A stretch of 64,000 bases of DNA from NCBI GenBank assembly GCA_965219685.1, contig CBDCOH010000002.1:1024001-1088000 (forward strand), written 5' to 3'. Below the pieces are notes generated by a model. It worked only from the letters and a program-made list of their open reading frames with translations, had not been told where the DNA came from and did not search any database. The DNA comes from Candidatus Spongiisociaceae bacterium. GTDB lineage: Bacteria > Actinomycetota > Acidimicrobiia > Spongiisociales > Spongiisociaceae. A program made the position numbers and the translations under genes. Each line of letters begins with the position of its first letter. The first letter of the stretch is position 1. Positions 48,286 to 58,645 of the stretch are shown one piece after another.

Positions 48286-50955
48286 TCATCCTTTGACAGA
48301 AGCGAGATCGGACCCGATCGCAACCTCGACGGTAAGCGGTACGTCGAGTTCGACGACCCCTTCCATGACTCTTTTGACGAGCCGGGTGGTGTCTTCCACC
48401 GCCTCGTGCGCGGCCTCGAGAACCAACTCGTCGTGGATCTGGAGGAGCATCCTGGCCGCTCCCTCCGCAAGCCTGCGGTCTAGGTCGATCATCGCCATCT
48501 TGATCACGTCCGCAGCCGATCCCTGGACCGGAGCGTTGAGAGCCATCCGTTCCCCCATCTGGCGTATGCGGTAGTTGTCCGAGGAGAGCTCCGGGAGGTA
48601 GCGGCGCCGGCCGAACAGGGTGGTCGTGTAGCCGTCCCGCCGGGCCGCCCTGACTACCGACCGCAGGTAGTCGCGGACGGCGGGGAACTGGCGGAAGTAG
48701 GTGTCCATGTGCTCCCGGGCTTCCTCACGGCTGATCTTCAGGCGATCAGCCAGCCCGAACGCCTCCATCCCGTAGAGGAGGCCGAAGTTGATCGCCTTGG
48801 CGCGTCTCCTCAGATCGGGGGTAACACCGTCCGTGGGGAATCCGAACACCCGGGCGGCTGTCGCGGTGTGGATGTCCTCTCCTGCCGCGAAGGCCTCCAG
48901 CAGCCCAGGGTCCTTGGACAGGTGAGCAAGGATCCGCAACTCGATCTGCGAGTAGTCGGCCACGATGAAGTCGTAGCCCGGCGACGCGACGAAGGCCCGC
49001 CGCAAGGTACGCCCGGTTTCCGAACGCACCGGTATGTTCTGGAGGTTGGGACGGTCGGAGGACAGCCTTCCCGTTGCCGCACCCGTCTGGTTGAAGTGGG
49101 CATGGATACGTCCGTCCTGGCTGACGAGGGGCATGTATCCGTCGATGTAGGTACTGCGGAGCTTCTCGATCTCGCGGTAGCGGAGGAGGCGCGCGACGAT
49201 CGGGTGAGAACCCTCGAGCTTGGCCAGAACCGAGGCGTCGGTGCTCGGCGCGCCCTTGGGTGTTTTCTTGATCACGGGCAAGCCGAGCGTGCCGAACAAC
49301 ACTCGGCGCAACTGAAGCGTCGAGTTTATGTTGAAGGTCGCCCCGCCCAGATCGTGTATCTCTCTCTCGAGGGTCGCCAATTCTCCTCGTAGCCTCTCCC
49401 CCATCCCTTCGAGGTATTCCCGATCGACCTTGATGCCTGCCAATTCCATCCGGGCCAGCACAGGAACGAGCGGCAACTCCATCTCGTGGAACAGGTCGAC
49501 CTGGCCCCGTTCCGCGAGCTTGGCCTCCATGGCATGGCGTAATCGGCCGGTTGCGACCGCCCTGCTCCCCGCCGTCTCCAGGTCTGGACCGATCCCGAAG
49601 TCCAGCATTCCCTGACCGCTACCGGCCTCGGCGTCCTCATCGCTGAGGTCTACTCCCAGGTAGCGAGCCGCCAAGTCCTCCAGGGTGTCTGATCGGGCAG
49701 CGGGATCGATGATGTAGCCCGCCAGCATCGGATCGAACCGCAGACCCTCCAAGCGGAAGCCGAGCTGGAACAATTCACGGAACAGCTTCTTCGAGTCGTA
49801 GCAGGAGATGGCGATCTCCGGATCGGACAGAGCAGCCCTCAGGTGTTCGAGTTGAGTGATGGGCACGAAGAACACCTCGTCGACCGCCAGGCTTTCCGAA
49901 TCCGTGCCCGGCCGGTCTTCACCTGCGGGGTGCGCCTCGGGCGCGGTGAGCAAGCCGGCGAGGGTTGCTCCGTCGTGCACGGGCTCGATCACCAGGCCGG
50001 GAACGGCGCCGAGCTCGGCCACCCGCCCGGCCCTCTGGAGGACCTTCACATCCACGTCGATCGGGGTACCCGAAGGTTCGGACACCCCGTCCACCGTTTC
50101 GAGGAGCCGGGTCCAGAGCGTGGAGAACTCGAGGCGGTCGAAGACTTCCTTGGTGGTGTCGCGGTCCGGGACGGACAGGCGAACCTGCTGGTCGTCCAGA
50201 CCCAGATCCAAGCTGTCCACCAGCGCCATCAGGGTCCGGTTCATGAAGACCTGTTCCTTGTGGGAGGCCAGGTTCTGGCGCAGCCGCGGGGTGTGGCGGT
50301 CGATCTGCTCGAATATGCCCTCCAGATTCTCGTAGGTCGACACCAGACGGGCTGCAGTCTTCACGCCGACGCCTGGGACTCCGGGCAGGTTGTCCGAGGT
50401 GTCCCCCCGGAGGGAGGCATAGTCGAGATACTGGTCCGGCCGGACCCCGTACTTCTTCTCCACCCATGCCGGGTCGACGAGGACGGTGTCGCTGATCCCC
50501 CGCCTCGTGTACACCACCTTCACCTGCCGGGTCACCAACTGGAAGCTGTCGCGGTCGCCGGTGACCACCAGCACATCCCAGCCATCGGCCTCGGCCTGGC
50601 GAACCAGGCTGGCAATCACGTCGTCCGCCTCGTAGCCGGGGCTCTCGACTTGGGTGATCTGCATCGCGTCCAGGACTTCACGGATCAGCGGCAACTGGCT
50701 GCGGAAGCGGTCCGGCGTGGAGCGACGCTGGGCCTTGTATTCGGGGTACTGCTCGGTGCGGAAAGTCGTACGACCCACATCCCAGGCCACCACCATCCCT
50801 TCGGGGTCGTGGTCACCCAGCAGCTTGATGAGCATGGAGGTGAAGCCGAAGACAGCATTGGTCACCTGCCCCGACTTGGTGGCCAGATCGGGTGGAAGGG
50901 CGTAGAAGGCCCGGTAGGCCAGGCTATGCCCGTCAAGAAGCGCCAAAGTAGGCAT
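48286..50955 (-). CDS. polA: DNA polymerase I
   Basis: LDGHSLAYRAFYAL, TGRLSS, PNLQNIP, ADYSQIELR, AKAINFGLLYG, QIHDEL; start MPTL at 50955. Confidence 0.98.
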   Translation of the reverse strand: MPTLALLDGHSLAYRAFYALPPDLATKSGQVTNAVFGFTSMLIKLLGDHDPEGMVVAWDVGRTTFRTEQYPEYKAQRRSTPDRFRSQLPLIREVLDAMQITQVESPGYEADDVIASLVRQAEADGWDVLVVTGDRDSFQLVTRQVKVVYTRRGISDTVLVDPAWVEKKYGVRPDQYLDYASLRGDTSDNLPGVPGVGVKTAARLVSTYENLEGIFEQIDRHTPRLRQNLASHKEQVFMNRTLMALVDSLDLGLDDQQVRLSVPDRDTTKEVFDRLEFSTLWTRLLETVDGVSEPSGTPIDVDVKVLQRAGRVAELGAVPGLVIEPVHDGATLAGLLTAPEAHPAGEDRPGTDSESLAVDEVFFVPITQLEHLRAALSDPEIAISCYDSKKLFRELFQLGFRLEGLRFDPMLAGYIIDPAARSDTLEDLAARYLGVDLSDEDAEAGSGQGMLDFGIGPDLETAGSRAVATGRLRHAMEAKLAERGQVDLFHEMELPLVPVLARMELAGIKVDREYLEGMGERLRGELATLEREIHDLGGATFNINSTLQLRRVLFGTLGLPVIKKTPKGAPSTDASVLAKLEGSHPIVARLLRYREIEKLRSTYIDGYMPLVSQDGRIHAHFNQTGAATGRLSSDRPNLQNIPVRSETGRTLRRAFVASPGYDFIVADYSQIELRILAHLSKDPGLLEAFAAGEDIHTATAARVFGFPTDGVTPDLRRRAKAINFGLLYGMEAFGLADRLKISREEAREHMDTYFRQFPAVRDYLRSVVRAARRDGYTTTLFGRRRYLPELSSDNYRIRQMGERMALNAPVQGSAADVIKMAMIDLDRRLAEGAARMLLQIHDELVLEAAHEAVEDTTRLVKRVMEGVVELDVPLTVEVAIGSDLASVKG

Positions 50956-50967
50956 GGAGGAATCGTA

Positions 50968-51064
50968 GCCCGTGGCTGGTGGCTGGTGAGTTGATGGGCT
51001 GATGGCAGTAAGCGAGGTATGAATAACCCATATTAACGAATATAGACGGTCACCGGCCACGGGC
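50968..51064. repeat. Inverted-repeat element with TGGCTGG-type heptamers and an AT-rich core
   Basis: gcccgtggctggt (50968..50980) vs accggccacgggc (51052..51064), 12/13 complementary. Confidence 0.7.
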
Positions 51065-51080
51065 CGGGGCGCGTCGACGT

Positions 51081-51300
51081 GAGCTCTCAAGGGTACGGAT
51101 CAACTTCTTGCCTCTGGCGGAGCCGCGTCAACCTCTCGAATGGGGATTGGTCGCGGCACATGAGCTGGCACACGTGCTCGGGGGCTGTTGGATCTGTATC
51201 TCTCCGACGACTCTCTGCGCGATCATCTCGAGCCGCCCCTGGACAAGAGGTGGGTGGCCAACCAGATCGGCTTGATGGGTCTTGGGCCGACTTGGGTCAG
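51081..51300 (+). pseudogene. Frameshifted fragment of an M6-like zinc metalloprotease
   Basis: AAHELAHVLG in one frame, LLDLY...GLMG in another; shift in the G5 run at 51180..51184. Confidence 0.6.
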
Positions 51301-51631
51301 AGCGTCTGAGTCGGCGGCTACGCCATCACAGTCCGTTCCTCCGACGATCACTCGGGAGCGGGTCAACGTCAGAGGGAGTGATCACATGGCCCACGCGCAT
51401 ACGATCCGCGAACCGGCCCAACAGCCACAACCCCACCTGGCTGCCACCACCCACCTCGACGCTCAACGCCGAGCTGCTGTTAGCCTTCACCGTACGGGTG
51501 CCCTCCTGACTGCGATCACGGACGAATACTCCACCGCCCATAATCGCAGGTCAGAAGGGCATTCGCGTGTCAAACCACCCACCCCACCACCAACCCCATG
51601 AAGAATTGAGGCTAGTAGGAGGAGTTGAGTT

Positions 51632-51880
51632 ATGACGAACGAGCGGGAGTTGCTGGACCGGATCACGGTGCGGCCGGAGGTGTTCTGCGGGAAGCCCATC
51701 ATCAGGGACATGCGTATCGCAGTGGAACACGTCCTGGCGATGCTCGCGGCCGGGGATACACCCGCAACGATCTTGCACGAGTACAAGTACCTCGAACCGG
51801 AAGACATCCAAGCCTGCCTGGTATTTGCCCACCGCTCCCTGGCCGGTGAGCAGGTACATGAGCGTTTGGCGGTCCGGTAG
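51632..51880 (+). CDS. DUF433 family antitoxin
   Basis: RITVRPEVFCGKPIIRDMRIAV, ILHEYKYLEPEDIQACL; AGGAGG RBS. Confidence 0.92.
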   Translation: MTNERELLDRITVRPEVFCGKPIIRDMRIAVEHVLAMLAAGDTPATILHEYKYLEPEDIQACLVFAHRSLAGEQVHERLAVR

Positions 51881-51886
51881 CAGGCG

Positions 51887-52264
51887 ATGAAGTTTCTCCT
51901 CGACGTCTGCGCGTCTTCAGTAACCATGAGGGTCATGCTGATCGGCCTGGGTCACGATGTGTCATCGGTCGCAGAGTGGGACCCGAGAGCTTCTGATGCG
52001 GAAGTTCTGGCGATGGCGTTGGAAGAAGGGCGGATACTGATCACCGAAGATAAGGACTTTGGCGAGTTGGTGTTCGTACGAAGGCTGCCCTACTCGTGCA
52101 TCATCCGGTTCGTTGACATGCGGGTCGAGGAGAAGGTGTCAGCGATGGGAAGTCTTCTCGAGCACCAGGCTGATTCGATGCTTCCAGGAGTCTTGATAGT
52201 GGTGACTCGGAGTCGGGTGCGCGTGCGCCGTGGACGAGTTCGAGAGCGAGGTGGTGCTCGGTGA
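51887..52264 (+). CDS. DUF5615 PIN-like toxin
   Basis: MKFLLD, GHDV, SDAEVL, ILITEDKDFGELVF. Confidence 0.9.
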   Translation: MKFLLDVCASSVTMRVMLIGLGHDVSSVAEWDPRASDAEVLAMALEEGRILITEDKDFGELVFVRRLPYSCIIRFVDMRVEEKVSAMGSLLEHQADSMLPGVLIVVTRSRVRVRRGRVRERGGAR

Positions 52265-52275
52265 AGCCTTGGTAC

Positions 52276-52590
52276 TGGAGTTGCCCCGGTTTTGTGGACA
52301 GTTTTCGGCTTGCGGTCTAGGTCGTGGGTTGGTGGCTCCTTTCGTAGTCGGCGGGTGAGTGGTATCCGATGGTGGAGTGCCGCCGGCGGGTGTTGTAGAA
52401 CCCTTCGATGAACTCGACGATGGCTAGGCGGGCTCGGGTTCGGTTCGGGAAGCGAACCCGGTGGAGGAGTTCGGTCTCGAGGGTGGCGAAGAACGACTCG
52501 GCAACTGCGTTGTCATAAGCGTTGGCTTTCCGTCCCATGGAGGGGATGATCCCGGCCTGGCGGCAGCGGGCGCCGAATGTCGCCGACGCG
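52276..52590 (-). mobile_element. IS3 family 3' remnant (transposase core C-terminus and putative terminal inverted repeat)
   Basis: SMGRKANAYDNAVAESFFATLETE, FYNTRRRHSTIGYHSP; tggagttgccccggttttgtggaca end. Confidence 0.8.
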
Positions 52591-52760
52591 AATGTTGGGA
52601 CACCACCTGCGCGTAGGGTCACCGGGTAGTCACCGTCCAGCGCGGTCTTGCGATAGTCGAACGCTTTGGCCCGTGCTTCGGCCAGGCTTACATAGGGGTA
52701 GCGGCCTAAGCCGAGGTCGTGGCGTTTCCCGTTTACGGTTCCCGCCAGATCCAAGCATTC
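52590..52760 (-). pseudogene. Arm-type DNA-binding domain remnant of a tyrosine integrase
   Basis: GKRHDLGLGRYPYVSLAEARAKA, next to a tRNA 3' end. Confidence 0.78.
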
Positions 52761-53035
52761 GATCCAGACGGCTGGACACGAAGGATCAGGCCGTGGGAGT
52801 CTCCGTACTTGCCTGGCTTGGTAACTGAACGCACCCATGCGGCTGTTCGTCTTGGCACAATTCCGCCATTTCCGTCCCCCTTAGCCTCCCACATTGCGAT
52901 GGAACTACCAGAAACGGGCGGGAATAGCCAGCAACGGAGCGGCTCGCGTGTAACTGTGTACCCAGTTGAGGTGGGGGCTCAGAAATAGCCCTTTACCTGC
53001 GCTTATAGGGTGATCCGAAACGATTAGAAACTCGG

Positions 53036-53119
53036 TACCGGGAATGGGACTCGAACCCATACGCCCTTGCGGGCACCGGATTTTGAGTCCGGCGCGTCTA
53101 CCAATTCCGCCATCCCGGC
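53036..53119 (-). tRNA. tRNA-Leu (CAA)
   Basis: Acceptor gccggga/tcccggt, anticodon arm ccgga-ctCAAaa-tccgg, variable arm, GGTTCGAGT. Confidence 0.97.
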
Positions 53120-53275
53120 GAGGGGACCCGATCTTACCCGGCCGGGCCTGCTGGTCGGAGCAGGTCTCCTTCAGCCTTCCGACACGCTGGTGGGCGCTGG
53201 CCGGTTACCATGTTCAGCAATTCTCGGGGGCACTAACGGTAAGCGTCGATAGTGCCGCAGCTCACTTCCCAGGTC

Positions 53276-55057
53276 ATGGATCAGTCTCGCATACGCAACG
53301 TCGCGATCATCGCCCACATCGACCACGGCAAGTCCACACTGGCCGACCGGTTCCTGGAGTTGTGTGGTGCCGTGACGCCGCGGGAGATGCGGGCGCAGTA
53401 CCTCGACTCGATGGAACTCGAACGGGAGCGCGGGATCACCATCAAGTTGCAGAGCGTCCGCCTGTCCTACGGGCCGTGGTGGATCAACCTCATCGATACG
53501 CCCGGCCACGTCGACTTCGGTTACGAGGTGTCCCGATCCCTGGCGGCGTGCGAGGGGGTGATCCTCCTCGTGGACGCCGCGCAGGGGATCGAGGCCCAGA
53601 CTCTGGCCAACTGCACCATGGCCCTCGAACACGACCTGACCATCGTGGCAGCGCTCAACAAGGTCGACCTGCCGGCCGCCGACCCCGACCGGGTAGCGAC
53701 CGAGATCGAGCAGGTGATCGGGATTCCGGCCGAGGACGTCCTGCGGATCTCGGCGAAGACCGGTGAGGGCGTGCCCGAGTTGCTGGATGCCGTGACCGAG
53801 CAGGTTCCGGCCCCCGCTCACGGCGCGGATGCGGAACTGCAGGCGCTGATCTTCGACTCGCACTTCGACAATTACCGCGGGGTGGTCAGCTCGGTGCGGG
53901 TCATGCAGGGGACCCTCCGGACCGGTTCCCAGGTTCGGTTCATGCAGACGGGAGCCACCCACGGGGTGCAGGAGGTCGGGGTGCGTACCCCGGCTCCCTC
54001 CAAGGTTGGGGAACTGGGTCCGGGTGAGGTCGGATACCTCATCGCGGGGGTCAAGAACACAGCCGAGGCCCGTGCCGGCGAGACGGTGACCGAGGCCCGG
54101 AATCCCGCTTCCGGTCCCCTGCCGGGGTACCGCGTGCCCAAGCCGATGGTGTTCTGCGGGCTTTACCCGGTCGACGGGGACGAGTACCTGAACCTACGGG
54201 ACGCCCTCGATCGGCTCAGGCTCAACGACTCCAGCTTCAGCTACTTTCCGGAGACCTCGACGGCCCTCGGTTTCGGGTATCGATGTGGTTTTCTCGGGCT
54301 GTTGCACATGGAGATCATCACCCAGCGCCTCGAGCGCGAGTTCGCCTTGGACATAATCGCCACCAAGCCCTCCGTGGAGTACCGGGTCAGGACCACCTCG
54401 GGGGAGGTGCTGGCCGTTGACAGCCCCAGCCGCTTGCCACCCGCCGGCGAAGTGGCAGCTATCGCGGAACCCATGCTGCTGCTGAGCATCATCGCCCCGG
54501 CCCGGTACACGGGAAGGCTGATGGACCTGTGCCAGACCCGTCGGGGCCGCCTCGATCGCATGGACTACCTGTCGACGGAGAGGGTGGAGTTACGATACCG
54601 CCTGCCCCTGTCCGAGGTGGTCACCGACTTCTACGACCAGCTGAAGAGCCGGACGCGCGGGTACGCGAGCCTGGACTACGAGGCGGACGGCTACGAGGAT
54701 GCCGACCTGGTCAGGGTCGACATCATGTTGCAGTACGAGCCCGTTGATGCCTTCAGCGCCATCGTCCACCGGAGCGGCGCCTACGCCTACGGCCGGACCA
54801 TGACCGCCAAGCTCAGCGATCTGATCCCGCGCCAGCAGTTCGACGTACCGATCCAGGCCGCCATCGGCAGCCGCGTCATCGCCCGCGAGACCGTCAAGGC
54901 CTACCGCAAGGACGTGACCGCCAAGCTGTACGGCGGTGACGTGACCCGAAAGCGCAAGCTTCTGAGCCGCCAGCGAGCCGGCAAGAAACGCATGAAGGCG
55001 ATCGGCAACGTGGACGTTCCTCCGGAGGCCTTCATCTCGGCGATGCGCATCCAGTAG
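53276..55057 (+). CDS. lepA: Elongation factor 4 (LepA)
   Basis: [50 protein letters not shown]. Confidence 0.98.
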   Translation: MDQSRIRNVAIIAHIDHGKSTLADRFLELCGAVTPREMRAQYLDSMELERERGITIKLQSVRLSYGPWWINLIDTPGHVDFGYEVSRSLAACEGVILLVDAAQGIEAQTLANCTMALEHDLTIVAALNKVDLPAADPDRVATEIEQVIGIPAEDVLRISAKTGEGVPELLDAVTEQVPAPAHGADAELQALIFDSHFDNYRGVVSSVRVMQGTLRTGSQVRFMQTGATHGVQEVGVRTPAPSKVGELGPGEVGYLIAGVKNTAEARAGETVTEARNPASGPLPGYRVPKPMVFCGLYPVDGDEYLNLRDALDRLRLNDSSFSYFPETSTALGFGYRCGFLGLLHMEIITQRLEREFALDIIATKPSVEYRVRTTSGEVLAVDSPSRLPPAGEVAAIAEPMLLLSIIAPARYTGRLMDLCQTRRGRLDRMDYLSTERVELRYRLPLSEVVTDFYDQLKSRTRGYASLDYEADGYEDADLVRVDIMLQYEPVDAFSAIVHRSGAYAYGRTMTAKLSDLIPRQQFDVPIQAAIGSRVIARETVKAYRKDVTAKLYGGDVTRKRKLLSRQRAGKKRMKAIGNVDVPPEAFISAMRIQ

Positions 55058-55164
55058 GGCTGACGACGAACTCCCGCGCCGTCACCGGAAGGAGCGAAGG
55101 GGACCCTCTCCCATTTCGTGTTCGGCCGGGACCGAGAGGTTCGGGTGCCGCCGTGACTAGACGA

Positions 55165-55201
55165 TCACCAACCAGCAACTAACACTAGTAACTAGCAACT
55201 A
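55165..55201 (-). repeat. Degenerate TAGTTGC heptamer array overlapping the trpA 3' end
   Basis: - strand ttagttgc tagttac tag tgttagttgc tggttgg tga. Confidence 0.75.
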
Positions 55202-55997
55202 ATCCGGGAGAGATGGCCCGGGCGAGGGCTCGGGTGGCGGACGCGATCTCCGGGATGGGGTCGTCCGAGTCGAGCGCCCTCCGCACCAGGGCCGACCCGA
55301 CGATGATGCCGTCGACGTGGGGGGTGAGGGCGGCCGCCTGCTCGGGGGTTCCTATCCCCACTCCCATCACGAGGGGCACATCGGTCACAGCCCTGATCCT
55401 CTCCGCGAGCCGGCGAGGCACATCCGACACCGTGTCGCGCTCTCCGGTGACTCCCATTGCAGCCACCCCGTAGATGAACACCGGGTCGCGGGCAGCGATC
55501 CTTGCCAGCCGGTCGTCGTGGGTGGTGGGCGCGGCGAACAGCACCAGGCCGATACCGGCCCGCTCGCAGGCCTCGATCACGGGTCCGGCTTCCTCCAGCG
55601 GCAGGTCTGCGACGATCAGTCCGGATGCTCCGGCATCGGCGGCCCGCCCAGCGAACTCGTCCGGGCCGACCCGGAACACCGGGTTGGCATAGGACATCGC
55701 GAGTGACGGTCGCGCGGTTGCCTCGACGACCCGGCGAAGGATGTCGAACCCGCCGCTCAGCGTCATACCCTGCTCGATCGCTCTCTCGCTCGCCAACTGG
55801 ATGGTGGGCCCGTCCATTAGGGGGTCGCTGTAGGGAATACCGACCTCGAAGGCGTCCGCCCCGGCCTCGGCCATCGCTACGAAGGTGTCCACCGTCGCTC
55901 CCGGGCTCGGCAGGCCGGCGGTCATGAAGGGCAGGAACGCGGTGCGTCCCTGCCTCCTGACGTCTGCGAACAGCCTGTCCAGGTCCTTCCGGCTCAT
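55185..55997 (-). CDS. trpA: Tryptophan synthase alpha chain
   Basis: EVGIPYSDPLMDGPTIQ, ADLP, GVTG, VGSALV. Confidence 0.97.
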   Translation of the reverse strand: MSRKDLDRLFADVRRQGRTAFLPFMTAGLPSPGATVDTFVAMAEAGADAFEVGIPYSDPLMDGPTIQLASERAIEQGMTLSGGFDILRRVVEATARPSLAMSYANPVFRVGPDEFAGRAADAGASGLIVADLPLEEAGPVIEACERAGIGLVLFAAPTTHDDRLARIAARDPVFIYGVAAMGVTGERDTVSDVPRRLAERIRAVTDVPLVMGVGIGTPEQAAALTPHVDGIIVGSALVRRALDSDDPIPEIASATRALARAISPGLVASY

Positions 55998-56001
55998 CCG
56001 T

Positions 56002-57210
56002 TCACCCTATCCCGGTCTTGGCAGCGATCATCTCGACATCCTTGTCTCCGCGCCCGGAGAGGTTGATCAGCACCGTCCGGTCCCGCAGGGCGTCGGCCTC
56101 CTTGGCCACCCAGGCCACCGCGTGAGCCGACTCGAGGGCGGGGATGATCCCCTCGGTACGGGAGAGCAGGTCGACCCCTCCCAAGGCCTCGTCGTCCGTT
56201 ATGGACACGTACCGGGCCAGTCCGGCGTCTGCGAAGTAGGCGTGCTCCGGTCCCACCCCCGGATAGTCGAGACCTGCCGAGATGGAGTGGGCCTCGAGGA
56301 CCTGGCCCTCGTCGTCCTGGAGCATGTACGTGCGGGCGCCGTGGAGGATCCCCGGTGAACCGGCGCCTATCGAGGCTCCGTGCCGTCCGGTCTCGATCCC
56401 GTGACCGGCCGCTTCCACGCCGATCAACTCCACCGCTTCACGACCCGCGAACGGGTAGAACATGCCTATTGCGTTGGATCCCCCGCCCACGCAGGCCACG
56501 ACCACATCGGGCATCTCCCCGCGGAGTTGGCCGATGCTCTCCTCCCCGATCACCTTCTGGAACTCCCGCACGATCCATGGGAACGGATGGGGTCCCACCA
56601 CCGACCCGATGATGTAGTGGGTCGTTTCCACGGTACGCACCCAGTCGCGCATGGCCTCGTTGACGGCGTCCTTGAGGGTTCCGGCCCCGGAAGTGACCGG
56701 AATCACGTCGGTACCCAGCATGCGCATTCGCTGCACGTTCAGCGCCTGGCGATCGATGTCCTTCTCGCCCATGTAGACCAGGCACTCCAGGCCGGCGTAG
56801 GCCGCGGCGGTAGCTGTAGCGACGCCGTGCTGGCCGGCGCCCGTCTCGGCGATCAGCCGGGACTTGCCCATGCGGGTGGTGAGCAGGGCTTGGCCCAAGG
56901 CGTTGTTTATCTTGTGGGCGCCGGTGTGGGCCAGATCCTCCCGCTTGAGGAGAACGCGGACGCCGATCTCGCTGGACAGATGGTCCGCGCCGTGAAGCGG
57001 GGTGGGTCTGCCCGTGTAGCTGTGCAGCAGATCGTGGAACTCGCTCACGAAGCTCGGGTCGATCCAGGCATCGGCGAACTCCGCGGCCAGTTCCTTCAGG
57101 GCCGGCATGAGGGTCTCGGGTGCGAACATGCCGCCGTAGTCACCGAACCTGCCCCGTTCGTCCGGCCGATCCAGCCTGGGGCCCGGAGCGGTCGCGGGGG
57201 TTACCGTCAT
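56002..57210 (-). CDS. trpB: Tryptophan synthase beta chain
   Basis: [40 protein letters not shown]. Confidence 0.98.
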   Translation of the reverse strand: MTVTPATAPGPRLDRPDERGRFGDYGGMFAPETLMPALKELAAEFADAWIDPSFVSEFHDLLHSYTGRPTPLHGADHLSSEIGVRVLLKREDLAHTGAHKINNALGQALLTTRMGKSRLIAETGAGQHGVATATAAAYAGLECLVYMGEKDIDRQALNVQRMRMLGTDVIPVTSGAGTLKDAVNEAMRDWVRTVETTHYIIGSVVGPHPFPWIVREFQKVIGEESIGQLRGEMPDVVVACVGGGSNAIGMFYPFAGREAVELIGVEAAGHGIETGRHGASIGAGSPGILHGARTYMLQDDEGQVLEAHSISAGLDYPGVGPEHAYFADAGLARYVSITDDEALGGVDLLSRTEGIIPALESAHAVAWVAKEADALRDRTVLINLSGRGDKDVEMIAAKTGIG

Positions 57211-57821
57211 GAACCTTCCTCCACCCGTTTGGCGTTCCTTACAAAGCTGTGGATCCTGGCAGGATCCTTCACTCCCGGGGCAGACTCTAGGCCGGACGAG
57301 GCGTCGACACCCCATGGACGGTGACGGGCCACGGCCTCGGCCACGTTCGCGGGGTCAAGACCCCCGGCCAGCACGTAGTGGCTTCCGGGCGGGGGGAGCC
57401 ACTCCAGATCCACTCGCTTGCCGGTTCCGCCCAGCCCTTCCGGTGAGTAGCCGTCGAGAAGGGCGGTCTGTCCGGGAGGGATCGTCCGGAGGTCCACCGG
57501 ACCCCGCACCCGGTGCGGCCGCAGTACGAAGGCCCCCGCCCCGGCTGCGGCGTGGGCGGCTTCGGATGCGTGGTCACCGTAGGGTTGCACGCCGGCGGCT
57601 CCCACGCGGTCCAGCAGCGCCACCAACTCCTCGGGGCGGGTGTCGAGCGTGAGGATCACCGCAGGTACCCGGGACTGGGAGGCCAGCCGGGCCGCCTCGT
57701 CGATCTCCACGTATCGGGTCGTTCCTTCGATCAGGTTCAGGCCCACAGTGTCCGCACCCGCTTCTGCAGCGGCCTCGAGGTCGACGACGGTTCGCATCCC
57801 GCAGACCTTCACCCAGGTCAT
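57207..57821 (-). CDS. trpF: Phosphoribosylanthranilate isomerase
   Basis: [28 protein letters not shown]. Confidence 0.95.
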   Translation of the reverse strand: MTWVKVCGMRTVVDLEAAAEAGADTVGLNLIEGTTRYVEIDEAARLASQSRVPAVILTLDTRPEELVALLDRVGAAGVQPYGDHASEAAHAAAGAGAFVLRPHRVRGPVDLRTIPPGQTALLDGYSPEGLGGTGKRVDLEWLPPPGSHYVLAGGLDPANVAEAVARHRPWGVDASSGLESAPGVKDPARIHSFVRNAKRVEEGS

Positions 57822-57822
57822 G

Positions 57823-58584
57823 TCACCCCCTGAGACCCGCGATGGCCTCGGCGGGATCCGCCGACCTGGACAGGTACTCCCCCACCAGCAGCGCGTCGTA
57901 TCCCGCGTCTCTGAGGCGGGTAGCGTCCTCCGGGCCCTTCACCCCGCTCTCGGCGACGCGTATGTCGACCCCTTCCAGCAGCGGTGAGATCTCCTCCGAG
58001 GTGGCCAGATCCACGTTGAAGGTCCGAAGGTCCCGGTTGTTGACGCCCACGATCCTGGCCCCCGCATCCAATGCCCTGATCGCCTCCTCGCGGCTATGGA
58101 CCTCCACCAGGGCTGCCAACCCGGCTTCTTCGGCTGCCCGCAGCAGCTTGGCGAGGAGAGGGTCGTCGAGGATCGCCACGATGAGCAGCACCGCGTCGGC
58201 TCCCATCGCCCTAGTTTCCCAGACCTGTGACGTGTCGAGCGTGAAGTCCTTGCGCAGCGCCGGCAGCGACGTGGCCGACCGGGCCGAGCGGAGGTCTTCG
58301 GGGCCTCCCATGAAATGGTCCGGCTCGGTCAGGACCGACATCGCGGATGCTCCGCCCGATTCGAAGGCAGCGGCCCGTTCGGAGGGATCCATCCCGGCGT
58401 TGATCACCCCTTTCGAGGGTGAAGCTCGTTTGAACTCGGCGATGATCGACAGTCCGGGCCCGGCAAGTGCACCGGCGAAGTCCCGTGGCGGCGGCAGGCT
58501 CGCCGCCGACTCACGTAGTTGCATCTCGCGTGCCTGTATCGAGGGGAGTCGGCTGCGAACCGATCCGAGAATATTGTCGAGCAT
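57823..58584 (-). CDS. trpC: Indole-3-glycerol phosphate synthase
   Basis: IAEFKRASPSKG, SVLTE, LRKDF, GVNNRDL, VAESG. Confidence 0.97.
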   Translation of the reverse strand: MLDNILGSVRSRLPSIQAREMQLRESAASLPPPRDFAGALAGPGLSIIAEFKRASPSKGVINAGMDPSERAAAFESGGASAMSVLTEPDHFMGGPEDLRSARSATSLPALRKDFTLDTSQVWETRAMGADAVLLIVAILDDPLLAKLLRAAEEAGLAALVEVHSREEAIRALDAGARIVGVNNRDLRTFNVDLATSEEISPLLEGVDIRVAESGVKGPEDATRLRDAGYDALLVGEYLSRSADPAEAIAGLRG

Positions 58585-58645
58585 GGTCGTGAAGGCTACT
58601 CGGCCCCGACCTGATCGCTGTGCGCTCGGAGGGGAGCGGGTCCTC

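Noticed and set aside
51575-51598. C-rich stretch before the DUF433 gene as another heptamer array
   Set aside because: Orientation fits the rule, but periodicity is too degenerate to call.
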